From the NCBI GenBank assembly GCA_964495565.1, contig CAZBWQ010000004.1:1703-65702 (forward strand): a stretch of 64,000 bases of DNA. The letters run 5' to 3'. The notes beneath the pieces are model-generated. The model saw only the letters and a list, made by a program, of their open reading frames with translations, was not told where the DNA came from and ran no database searches. How positions within the stretch are numbered: position 1 is the first letter of the stretch; every line of letters starts with the position of its first letter. Source of the DNA: an uncultured Sandaracinaceae bacterium. Its GTDB lineage: Bacteria > Myxococcota_A > Polyangia > Polyangiales > Houyiibacteriaceae. Shown piece after piece: positions 27,254 to 35,267 of this stretch. The translations under genes were made by a program, and so were the position numbers.

Positions 27254-28599
27254 TGCAGCGCTCCTTCGATCAACCAGCCCAGGGCGGCAGCGACGCCCCA
27301 GATACCGAGCCCTCGCAGCTCGAAAACGGGCCGAAGCACGCGATTTTTGATGAGCCCCGTCCAGGTCACCAGCAGAACGGGCACCTCCGAGAAGGCCACC
27401 CACCACACGACCCCGTCGAGCCCCGCCAGATGCCACGTCACCGGAATGCCCGCGACGATCCACAGCGCTCTTCCGAAGCTTCGAGCGAAGGCGTAGTACG
27501 TCTTGCCGAGGGAAAACAACAAGGTCTCTCCCGGCGTCAAGAATGCGCTCATACCAACCTGAATGGCCAAAGCCTGGAGGATCCAGCCGGCGTCCTGGTA
27601 GCGTTGGTCGTAGAGCAGGTCGATGAGGACGTGCCCTGCCGTGAACAGCACCCCCGCCGCGGACAGGAATACGACGTCGGTCCAGAGCCGGACCCGGTAA
27701 TACCTTTCCACCAGGGCGTCGCGATCGGATCGGGCGGTCTCGCTGAAGACCGGAAAGAGAACCGAGTGCGTCAGCCCGATCTGCAAGTTGGTGAGCGCCT
27801 CGGTAAACCGGGTTGCGACCGAGTAGACGCCGAGCATCGTGATGCTGAGGTAGTACCCCAACAGGAGTCGGTCGCCCTGCACGGCGACGAACGTGAACAT
27901 CGAGCTCAAAAAGATCCAAAAGCCGAACCGATAGACCTCTCGGGCCGCGTGGCGATCCCAGTGCAAACGATGCGCAAAACGCGGCAGATACACGTGGCTG
28001 AGCGCGGCTTTGGCGGCGATGCCCGCGAGGCTGCCTCCGACCAACGCCCAAACCGTCGGGCTCAGCAACGCCCATATGACCATGACGACGATGGTCACTG
28101 CTTGTCCGATGATCTCGAGTCGAATGACCGGTCCGAGCTCGAGCTTGCGTTGTTGGGTATGGAGGGCGGTGGATTCGAACCCTTGAATGAACGACCCCAA
28201 CCCGGCGACCGACAAGAGGGCAGTCAGCTCGGGTTGGTCGTAGATCTGGGCGACCGGCCAGGCCAAGAGCGCGGCGCCGACGGCGATGACCGCACCTCGA
28301 ATGATCTGAATCGTCCAGGCGGTCCGTAAGAACTCCGGCTGTTCGCCCTCTTTGTTGTAGACGATACTCGGGCCGATCCCGAGATCGGAGAACATCACCA
28401 AGCCGTAGATGAACACACCCACGATGGCGGTGAGACCAAACGCCTCGGGAAACAGCAGCCGCGCCAGGATGATGTTGCTGAGCAACCGCAGTCCTTGGCC
28501 GAGCAGCCGTCCGAGCACTGCCCACGAAGCCGATCGCAGCGCCATGGCCTTGAGCGAGCGTTTGGGAGCGTCTTCGTTTGAAGCAGGCTGCGAACTCAT
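27250..28599 (-). CDS. wzx: Polysaccharide flippase (Wzx, MOP superfamily)
   Basis: About 12-14 TM spans. N-terminus LGRLLGQGLRLLSNIILARLLFPEAFGL is typical of the PST family. It overlaps the next gene by 4 nt. Confidence 0.8.
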   Translation of the reverse strand: MSSQPASNEDAPKRSLKAMALRSASWAVLGRLLGQGLRLLSNIILARLLFPEAFGLTAIVGVFIYGLVMFSDLGIGPSIVYNKEGEQPEFLRTAWTIQIIRGAVIAVGAALLAWPVAQIYDQPELTALLSVAGLGSFIQGFESTALHTQQRKLELGPVIRLEIIGQAVTIVVMVIWALLSPTVWALVGGSLAGIAAKAALSHVYLPRFAHRLHWDRHAAREVYRFGFWIFLSSMFTFVAVQGDRLLLGYYLSITMLGVYSVATRFTEALTNLQIGLTHSVLFPVFSETARSDRDALVERYYRVRLWTDVVFLSAAGVLFTAGHVLIDLLYDQRYQDAGWILQALAIQVGMSAFLTPGETLLFSLGKTYYAFARSFGRALWIVAGIPVTWHLAGLDGVVWWVAFSEVPVLLVTWTGLIKNRVLRPVFELRGLGIWGVAAALGWLIEGALQ

Positions 28600-28901
28600 G
28601 TTGGACCGGTAGGGCAGACTGCAGGGCGCGTCCCGGCCGTTCCCCTTCTCGTGCCGCTCAGCGACGCCGCGCGTGGCTTCAACCTAGTAAGCCGGCAAAC
28701 CGCATTCAAGGCAAGATTACGGTCAGGCTGTGATCAGGCACGACACCCGGATCTCGCCGAAAAGCTGAAAGGTTGTGCGGTTCTCTGCGCATCTGTCCAG
28801 CACCGAGGGGAGATGGTCCTCTGTAAAGGATTGTCGCGTTCGGTAAAACAGCTGCAGCCAGCTTTGCCTGCCAAAAGTTCATCCCTAAAGCTTAAGTCCA
28901 G

Positions 28902-30626
28902 ATGGCTGGGGGGAGATTGTCTGTGCTGCGCATCACTCTTTTGTGTGTGTCGGTTTTCGCCTGGGGATGCAATGGCGTGATCGGAAGCTCGCCCCATGGC
29001 GATGCGCGCGACGGCGCACCGCCTTCCGACGGGCCTTCGAGCAGCGCCGTCAGCTCGCTCTTCGAATGCAATCGGCCAAGCCCGGAGCCATCGCCCGCTC
29101 GCCTCGTTCGTTTGAGCGGCTCGCAATACGCGCGTGCGGTCGACGTTCTGCGCAGGGGCCGCTCCGGCAATGCAAACCGCGATCGCAGCGGCGATCCGAA
29201 CGCGAGCCCTTTCGCGGTGCCCAACAGCGCCGATCGCTTTTCCAACTTGGCCAGCTCGTACTTCATCGGCGAAGCCGAGACCACGAGCGTGCTCGACCTG
29301 GCATCGGCCAAGGCTGGTGACGTCACCAACGAGCTCGTCAACGGGGCGCTGCCCTGTCTCGCCGGGGGGCTCGACGAGGAGTGTGCCCGCACGTTGGTCG
29401 CACAAAAAGGAGCCCTCTTGTTCGGGCACGAGCTGACCGACGACGAGATCGATTCGTATGTCAGCCTCGCAACCGATCCTCGTGTCTCCGCCCTCGGCAC
29501 CGAGGCCGCAGTCACGACCGTCATCGAGGCGCTGCTCAGCTCGCCGAGCTTCCTCTTCCGGAGCGAGCTGGGCGAACCGAACGGCGATGGCACCTTTCAG
29601 CTCACCGCCTTCGAAATCGCGTCGGCCATTTCGTACACGCTGACGGACGGGCCGCCGGATGCAGAGCTTTGGAGCGCAGCCGTCGACGGACGCTTGACCA
29701 ACCTGGCTGAGATCGAGGCGCAGGTCTGGCGCTTGCTGAACCCGGTCGATCAGAGCGGGGCGTTGGAGCGATTCGTCCGCGAGTATTTCCAGTACAACCG
29801 CGTCACCAGCGTGGCGAAGGACCCTGGCGAATATCCCTTCCACGACCCGCGCGCGCTGGAGGACGACACGGCGCTTTTCGTGAGAGAGGCACTGAGAGAG
29901 TCCGAAGGGGGCTCGCTCCTGGAAACGCTGCTCACCGCCGATTGGGGCGTCGTTCGTGGCTCCACGGCCGAGTCCTACAACCTTTCGGGCGTTCCCGGAG
30001 ACGGCTCGCCCGTGCTCGTCGATTTCGACTCGGGCAAGCGCGCCGGCATCATGACCCAGCCGAGCTGGCTCGCCGGGTTTTCCAAGGTCGACCACAACGA
30101 GCCGATCCGACGGGGGAAGTTCATCCGCGAAAGCCTGCTGTGCGGCAGCATTCCGGCCATCGACATCACCATGGTTTCGCCTCTGGTCATCAGCGAGGAC
30201 ATGACCATGCGCGAGTCGCTCCAACAGCATCAGACCGACCCGAGCTGCGCCGGTTGCCACCAACTGATGGATCCGTTGGGCTTGGCCTTTGCCGAGTTCG
30301 ATCACGTCGGCCGCGAGCGCGACATGGAAGCGGGTCGCCCTGTGGACGCGACCGGCGAGCTGACCGGCTCGGGCAATCAGGATGGTGAATTCGAAGGCGC
30401 CGCCGAGCTCATGTCGAAGCTGGCCGCTTCGGAGGCCGTGCGGCGGTGCTTCGTCGCGCATGCCTACGAGTTCTTCCGGGGCGCTCGTCGCACGAGCGCG
30501 GACGGCTGCGCGCTGACCGAGGCCGACGAGGCGCTTCAAGCGGCCAACGGAGACATCGTGACCTTGATCAGCAGCTTTTTCACATCCGATGAGTTTCTCA
30601 CTCGCGTTCCAGCGGAGGCGCAGTAA
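28902..30626 (+). CDS. DUF1592/DUF1588/DUF1585-type secreted protein with CxxCH motif
   Basis: Lipoprotein-like N-terminus (VFAWGC), CAGCH (haem-c-type motif), and the usual pairing with a DUF1552 gene. The family call is from memory. Confidence 0.7.
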   Translation: MAGGRLSVLRITLLCVSVFAWGCNGVIGSSPHGDARDGAPPSDGPSSSAVSSLFECNRPSPEPSPARLVRLSGSQYARAVDVLRRGRSGNANRDRSGDPNASPFAVPNSADRFSNLASSYFIGEAETTSVLDLASAKAGDVTNELVNGALPCLAGGLDEECARTLVAQKGALLFGHELTDDEIDSYVSLATDPRVSALGTEAAVTTVIEALLSSPSFLFRSELGEPNGDGTFQLTAFEIASAISYTLTDGPPDAELWSAAVDGRLTNLAEIEAQVWRLLNPVDQSGALERFVREYFQYNRVTSVAKDPGEYPFHDPRALEDDTALFVREALRESEGGSLLETLLTADWGVVRGSTAESYNLSGVPGDGSPVLVDFDSGKRAGIMTQPSWLAGFSKVDHNEPIRRGKFIRESLLCGSIPAIDITMVSPLVISEDMTMRESLQQHQTDPSCAGCHQLMDPLGLAFAEFDHVGRERDMEAGRPVDATGELTGSGNQDGEFEGAAELMSKLAASEAVRRCFVAHAYEFFRGARRTSADGCALTEADEALQAANGDIVTLISSFFTSDEFLTRVPAEAQ

Positions 30627-32005
30627 TGGCGATGAATCGTCGAGATCTTCTGAGAACGTTGGGCCTGGGGGCCGGCGCGGCGTTTTTGTCGCCCTGGGTC
30701 GATCGAACCCTTTCGCATGCGCTCGGGCAGTCGGTCGCTCCTCGTCGGCGGGTCATCATCTGCTCGGTGGTTGGATTCGAGCCGTCGAGGTTCGTGCCCC
30801 AAGAAGTCACCACCGGCCGGACTCAGGGGGAGGACAGGCCTCTACCCCCGGCGGTCGACCCGATTTCCAACTTCACGTGGCCTTCGATGTTCGCTCCCAT
30901 CGCGGACTTGCGTCAGCACACCCTGCTGATCGACGGGCTCACGAATCCGGTCACCGGAAGTGACGTCCATCACGGGTCGGGTTTCGGTGCGCTGACCTGT
31001 CGGCAGCCGCAGGGGGAGCCGAGCCTTCTTGCGCCTCCACGCGGTGTCTCGATCGACCAGTACCTGGCGCAGACGCTGAGCGCGAACGCTCCGAAGTCCT
31101 CGCTACTTTTCGGGACCTCGTACGATTCGTTCGCCAAGGGGCGCGTTCGGGAAACCTCGGCGTTCTCCGCCGGCACGGGACAGTCTCTGTCGCATGCCAC
31201 CAAGGCGAGCGCCCTCTACAGCGAGATCGTGAGCGTGGCCTCGTCCGATGGCTCGGGCGATGCGATGGAGGCGGGTCGACGCCAAGCGTTGCGAGACGTT
31301 CTGAGCAGTGATTTTTCCCGTCTTCGGCAGCGGCTCGCGGGCCCGGAGAGGGAGCGCCTCGACGTCTACGAAACGGCGATCGCCGAGTTCGACCGCCGCT
31401 ACGAGCTCCGGGAAAACGTGTCCTGTGGAACCCCGCCGAGCGGACAGGACAACACCGAAAATTCGCGCATGGAATCGATGATGGAGATGGCCACGCTGGC
31501 GCTCGAGTGCGGCTTGACCAACGTCGTCGGGATGGCGGTCGGCACCGCGAACAGCCACGACGAGCATTTCCCGCGTTACGAGGGCATCGGCACCGTCCCC
31601 GTTCACGAGTACAATTCGGTCTACGGCGACCTGACGGACAAAGTCCATCACTTTCACTGGGGTTTGCTGCGCAACATGATCGAATCGCTCGACCAGTCCG
31701 GTCACCCCGACGACGAGACGATCATCGTCTACATGACCCCGCGTGGGATGAGCAACTACAGCGCCCACCACGGACAGAACACGCGCATCCCGCTCATGAT
31801 GTTCGCCAAATCACCGAACATCCAGCTCGGCGGCCGCTTCCTTCGTTATCCGCCTCACGAGCGCAGCCTGGCCGAGTTCTTCCGAAGCCTGGCGCAGGTC
31901 GTGGGGGTCTGCCCCGACGGCTTCGCCACGGGCGACTCCGTCGTCGGCCCGGTGCGAGGCCTGCTCGACGAAGTGGTCGGAAGCACGCAATCCGCTTGCG
32001 GCTGA
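30626..32005 (+). CDS. DUF1552-family protein with twin-arginine signal
   Basis: MAMNRRDLLRTLGLGAGAAFL is a Tat motif. The start overlaps the upstream stop by 1 nt (TAATG). Confidence 0.7.
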   Translation: MAMNRRDLLRTLGLGAGAAFLSPWVDRTLSHALGQSVAPRRRVIICSVVGFEPSRFVPQEVTTGRTQGEDRPLPPAVDPISNFTWPSMFAPIADLRQHTLLIDGLTNPVTGSDVHHGSGFGALTCRQPQGEPSLLAPPRGVSIDQYLAQTLSANAPKSSLLFGTSYDSFAKGRVRETSAFSAGTGQSLSHATKASALYSEIVSVASSDGSGDAMEAGRRQALRDVLSSDFSRLRQRLAGPERERLDVYETAIAEFDRRYELRENVSCGTPPSGQDNTENSRMESMMEMATLALECGLTNVVGMAVGTANSHDEHFPRYEGIGTVPVHEYNSVYGDLTDKVHHFHWGLLRNMIESLDQSGHPDDETIIVYMTPRGMSNYSAHHGQNTRIPLMMFAKSPNIQLGGRFLRYPPHERSLAEFFRSLAQVVGVCPDGFATGDSVVGPVRGLLDEVVGSTQSACG

Positions 32006-32059
32006 GGCGGATCCCGGCATTTGCCTACGGGTATTTCGAGGCGCTAGAGTGATCGGCGC

Positions 32060-32866
32060 ATGACACACCCCCTCGTCCGGCCTTTTGATCGCGAGGCGCT
32101 TCGCCGGCAGTTTCAAGAGGCCAAGCCGTTTCCCCACATCGCCATCGACGACTTCCTCGATCCTGCATTCGCACGCGAGGTCGCGGCGTCGTACCCAACC
32201 TACTCGGAGGCGCGAACGCGAGGTTTCGAATTCAGCGCCCTCAACGAGAAGAAGAAAATCCAGATCACCGACGTCTCGAAGTTCCCCGATCCGGTCAAGA
32301 AGCTGAACGAGCTCTTGGCCTCACCGGAGCTCATCGCAGATCTCGAATACATCACCGGCATCGACAATCTGCTCGCCGACGCATCGCTCGAGGGGGGCGG
32401 CATGCATCTGACCGGCCCACGTGGCCGTTTGGACGTGCATGTCGACTTCAACTACGTCGAATCGAAGGATTGGCACCGCCGGCTCAACATCCTCGTCTAC
32501 CTCAACGAGGACTGGAAAGACGAGTGGGGCGGTGGAGTCGAGATCTGGGACAAGGACGTGAAGGTGTGTGCGGGCTCCTTCAAGCCCGTCTTGAACCGAT
32601 GCGTGCTTTTCGCGACGAGCGAGATCAGCTTTCACGGTGTGGAGCCGGTGACGTGTCCTCCGGATCGGCATCGAATTTCCTTTGCCGCCTACTATTACAC
32701 CAAGGAAGCACCCGCCCACTGGGACGGGACCAAGCACACCACGGTCTTCAAGGCGCGTCCGTACGAGCGTCTCCGAGGGCACGTGCTCATGCCCTTCCAG
32801 ACGGCGCGCAGGCAGCTGATCCCGAGCGCAAAGAGAGCCGTCAAGAAGCTGATCGGCCGCGAGTGA
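32060..32866 (+). CDS. 2-oxoglutarate/Fe(II)-dependent oxygenase (prolyl-hydroxylase-like)
   Basis: HVDFN (HxD), a distal His in ISFHGVEPV, and the RxS-like RISFAAYYY. Confidence 0.75.
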   Translation: MTHPLVRPFDREALRRQFQEAKPFPHIAIDDFLDPAFAREVAASYPTYSEARTRGFEFSALNEKKKIQITDVSKFPDPVKKLNELLASPELIADLEYITGIDNLLADASLEGGGMHLTGPRGRLDVHVDFNYVESKDWHRRLNILVYLNEDWKDEWGGGVEIWDKDVKVCAGSFKPVLNRCVLFATSEISFHGVEPVTCPPDRHRISFAAYYYTKEAPAHWDGTKHTTVFKARPYERLRGHVLMPFQTARRQLIPSAKRAVKKLIGRE

Positions 32867-32906
32867 GGCGACCTTTGCAGGCCATTTCGGGCTGGTACGC
32901 CTCGTA

Positions 32907-34502
32907 TCAAAACGACCTTGGGTCGGCCCGATTCCAGTGGCGTTGCAGCCATGACGGCGCCTTCCCCTCGAGCAATTGGCCAGGCTCGACGAAATCGTAG
33001 AGCTCGTCGAGGCACTTGGCCGTCGTCGGGCTGATTCGCTCCCAGATGTGAGACGGCGTGAATTCGGACGGGTGCTTCAGTCCGGCGGCGGCGGTGAACT
33101 CGGCCAGCGATTGCAGCGTGTGGCGATGGAACCGGAAAGCACGCTGCGCTTTGCGCTCGACCACGAGCGCGCGATAGAGCTTTGGGTCCTGGGTGCAGAC
33201 GCCGACCGGGCATTGATTCGTGTGGCAAATCTGCGCCTGGATGCAGCCGACGGCGAACATGAACGGACGCGCGGCATTGCACCAATCTGCACCCATGGCC
33301 ATCGCGGAAGCGATGTCGAATGCGCTCAGCCGCTTGCCACTCGCTGCCAGGAGGGTTCGATCGCGGAGCCCACAACCCACCAGAACGGCGTTGGCAAACA
33401 GAAGGCCCTCTCGCAGCGGCGTGCCCAAACGGTCGGAAAACTCGGCGGGAGCTGCACCCGTTCCGCCTTCAGCCCCATCGATCGTGATGAAATCAGGGAG
33501 CAGGTTCGTCTCGAGCATCGCTTTGCACACCGAGAGCAGCTCCATCGGATCGCCGATGCACAGCTTGAAGCCGACGGGCTTTCCTCCACTGAGCGCTCGA
33601 AGACGGCTCACGAACTCGAGCAATTCGAAGGGGGTCGTGAATGCGGTATGCGCTCGGGGCGAGACGCAATCCCGCCCTTCGGGCACACCACGTGCGTTCG
33701 CGATCTCCTTGCTCACCTTGGCGGCTGGAAGAATGCCGCCGTGACCGGGCTTGGCTCCCTGCGAGAGCTTGATCTCGATCATCTTGACTTGGTCGCTTCG
33801 TGCGGTTTCGCGAAAGCGCTCTGAATCGAAGTGCCCGTCTTCGGTGCGGCATCCGAAATATCCCGTGCCGAGCTGAAAGATCAGGTCTCCGCCAGGCTCC
33901 CGATGGTAGCGGCTCAGGCCGCCCTCCCCCGTGTTGTGAGCAAAACGACCCATTTTTGCGCCCGCGTTGAGCGCGAGAATTGCGTTCGGGCTGAGCGCAC
34001 CAAAGCTCATCGCCGAGACGTTCAGGATCGATGCCGAATAGGGCTTGTCGCAACGCTCGGTTCCGACGTCAACCCGCATGGTTTGGGCCGGGTCCTCGAT
34101 GATGGCACTCGGCCGGATCGAATGATTGATCCACTGGTAGCCCGGTCGGTAGAGGTGGAGCTCGGTGCCGAAGGGCTTCTTGTCGCTCACGCCCTCTGCG
34201 CGCTCGTACGCCAGCGATCGCTGCTCGCGGTTGAAAGGGCGACCGTCGGTGTTGCTCTCGACGAAGTATTGGTGGAGCTCCGGACCGATGTCTTCGAGCG
34301 CAAAGCGAAGATGGCCCAAAATCGGATAGTTTCTGAGAACGCTGTGTTTGCGTTGAAAGAAGTCGTAGACGCCCAGCGCAAGCAGGGGCCCAAACAAAAT
34401 CAGCGCGTACCAGAATGCCGGATCGACGAGCCCCAAGACGGTGAACGTCAGCGCAGCGATTGCCAAACCGGGGAGCACGTATCGGCGTATCTGATGAATC
34501 AT
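32907..34502 (-). CDS. FMN-binding glutamate-synthase-family protein (GltB domain-2-like) with N-terminal TM anchors
   Basis: MSFGALS, NTGEGG, KLSQGAKPGHGGILP and DGAEGGTGAAP are signature motifs of the GltB FMN domain. Confidence 0.85.
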   Translation of the reverse strand: MIHQIRRYVLPGLAIAALTFTVLGLVDPAFWYALILFGPLLALGVYDFFQRKHSVLRNYPILGHLRFALEDIGPELHQYFVESNTDGRPFNREQRSLAYERAEGVSDKKPFGTELHLYRPGYQWINHSIRPSAIIEDPAQTMRVDVGTERCDKPYSASILNVSAMSFGALSPNAILALNAGAKMGRFAHNTGEGGLSRYHREPGGDLIFQLGTGYFGCRTEDGHFDSERFRETARSDQVKMIEIKLSQGAKPGHGGILPAAKVSKEIANARGVPEGRDCVSPRAHTAFTTPFELLEFVSRLRALSGGKPVGFKLCIGDPMELLSVCKAMLETNLLPDFITIDGAEGGTGAAPAEFSDRLGTPLREGLLFANAVLVGCGLRDRTLLAASGKRLSAFDIASAMAMGADWCNAARPFMFAVGCIQAQICHTNQCPVGVCTQDPKLYRALVVERKAQRAFRFHRHTLQSLAEFTAAAGLKHPSEFTPSHIWERISPTTAKCLDELYDFVEPGQLLEGKAPSWLQRHWNRADPRSF

Positions 34503-34538
34503 GGGCGGGCCAACCGAGTGAAAGGCTCGATGAGCGGG

Positions 34539-34570
34539 CTGAGATCCCGTGCGTGACCAGGGGATCTCAG
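34539..34570 (-). terminator. Hairpin (10-bp stem CTGAGATCCC/GGGATCTCAG, 12-nt loop) 8 nt downstream of the SYLF gene stop; no U-tract
   Basis: Read directly from the sequence. It lies between two same-strand genes (34578..35126 and 32907..34502). Confidence 0.4.
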
Positions 34571-34577
34571 CGATTTC

Positions 34578-35126
34578 TCACTCGCCCAGAGGCTCGAATT
34601 TGAACTTCTGACCGCCACCGGCGGCCTCGGCCATCGCACCCTTCAAGGGCAGCACCATGATGGCGACTCCATCTTTGTACTTGGCTGCGGCCGCGGCGCC
34701 CTTCTTGCCGCCGATGGCCGTGGCCGCGGCCGCACCTTCGAACCGGCTCGTCTTGAAGCGCTCGAGGGCTTTCTTGTTTTTGAACAGAACCACTTCGGCG
34801 TAGGTCTGGCCTCCCACCTGCGCACCGACAGTGGTCTGGGTGAGCTTCGCGTGACCGATCAGCTTGCCCTGGGCATAAACCTCGCCCTTTCCATGAGCGG
34901 CGCCGACGATGAAACCGCCTTTGCCGACCTCTGGGAAGATCGCGTAGCCGTAGGCCTTCTGGAGGGCCGCGTCGAAGGTGTCGTCTTGCGCCTGCCACTT
35001 CTTCTTGATGTCTTGCACCTGCTGGTGGAGCTCGTCTTTGTCTTTTGCGCCGCCTTCGTCGGCTGCAGCCGCGCTCAGCCCGAGCAAGAGAGTCGCCGTG
35101 ATGATGCCGAGAGTCGAAAACTTCAT
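34578..35126 (-). CDS. Secreted SYLF (Ysc84/DUF500) lipid-binding-domain protein
   Basis: Signal peptide TLLLGLSAAAA. AYGYAIFPEVGKGGFIVGAAHGKGEVY and VGAQVGGQTYAEVVLF match the SYLF pattern. Confidence 0.7.
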   Translation of the reverse strand: MKFSTLGIITATLLLGLSAAAADEGGAKDKDELHQQVQDIKKKWQAQDDTFDAALQKAYGYAIFPEVGKGGFIVGAAHGKGEVYAQGKLIGHAKLTQTTVGAQVGGQTYAEVVLFKNKKALERFKTSRFEGAAAATAIGGKKGAAAAAKYKDGVAIMVLPLKGAMAEAAGGGQKFKFEPLGE

Positions 35127-35267
35127 GAAAACCTCCTCCCCGCGAGAGGCTTAGGACGAAGAGGCTCAAACGCAACCGAAGGGGTCTTTGCGGAGCTGCC
35201 GAATGCGAGCCACAAGCACGAGGCGAGATCTCGTCGCGACTTCCATCCGAGCCGCGGCCTCGAGCCC

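Noticed and set aside
27254-28525. 5' 424 codons of track ORF 26027..28525 (832 aa), which would make a giant GT4 fusion
   Set aside because: That part overlaps wzx in a different frame and is R/G/P-rich. The GT4 domain begins at the internal ATG 27253, which overlaps the wzx stop by 4 nt.
28651-28980. 109-aa ORF in the wzx/DUF1588 intergenic region
   Set aside because: It is Cys/Ser/Leu/Arg-rich with no motif. It overlaps the start of the DUF1588-type gene and shows no RBS or coding-like periodicity.
28734-30539. 601-aa minus-strand ORF opposite the DUF1588-type gene
   Set aside because: It is a shadow ORF (R/A/G-rich). The plus-strand frame has a lipoprotein signal, CxxCH, and coupling to the DUF1552 gene.
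34851-35267. 5' extension of the kup ORF (track start 34851)
   Set aside because: The extension is antisense to the SYLF gene and reads as junk. Kup signature motifs begin right after ATG 35268.
35127-35267. Possible c-di-AMP (ydaO-type) or other riboswitch upstream of kup
   Set aside because: I could not recognise the conserved pseudo-symmetric ydaO core or any other riboswitch consensus by eye. This needs an Rfam/Infernal scan before any claim.
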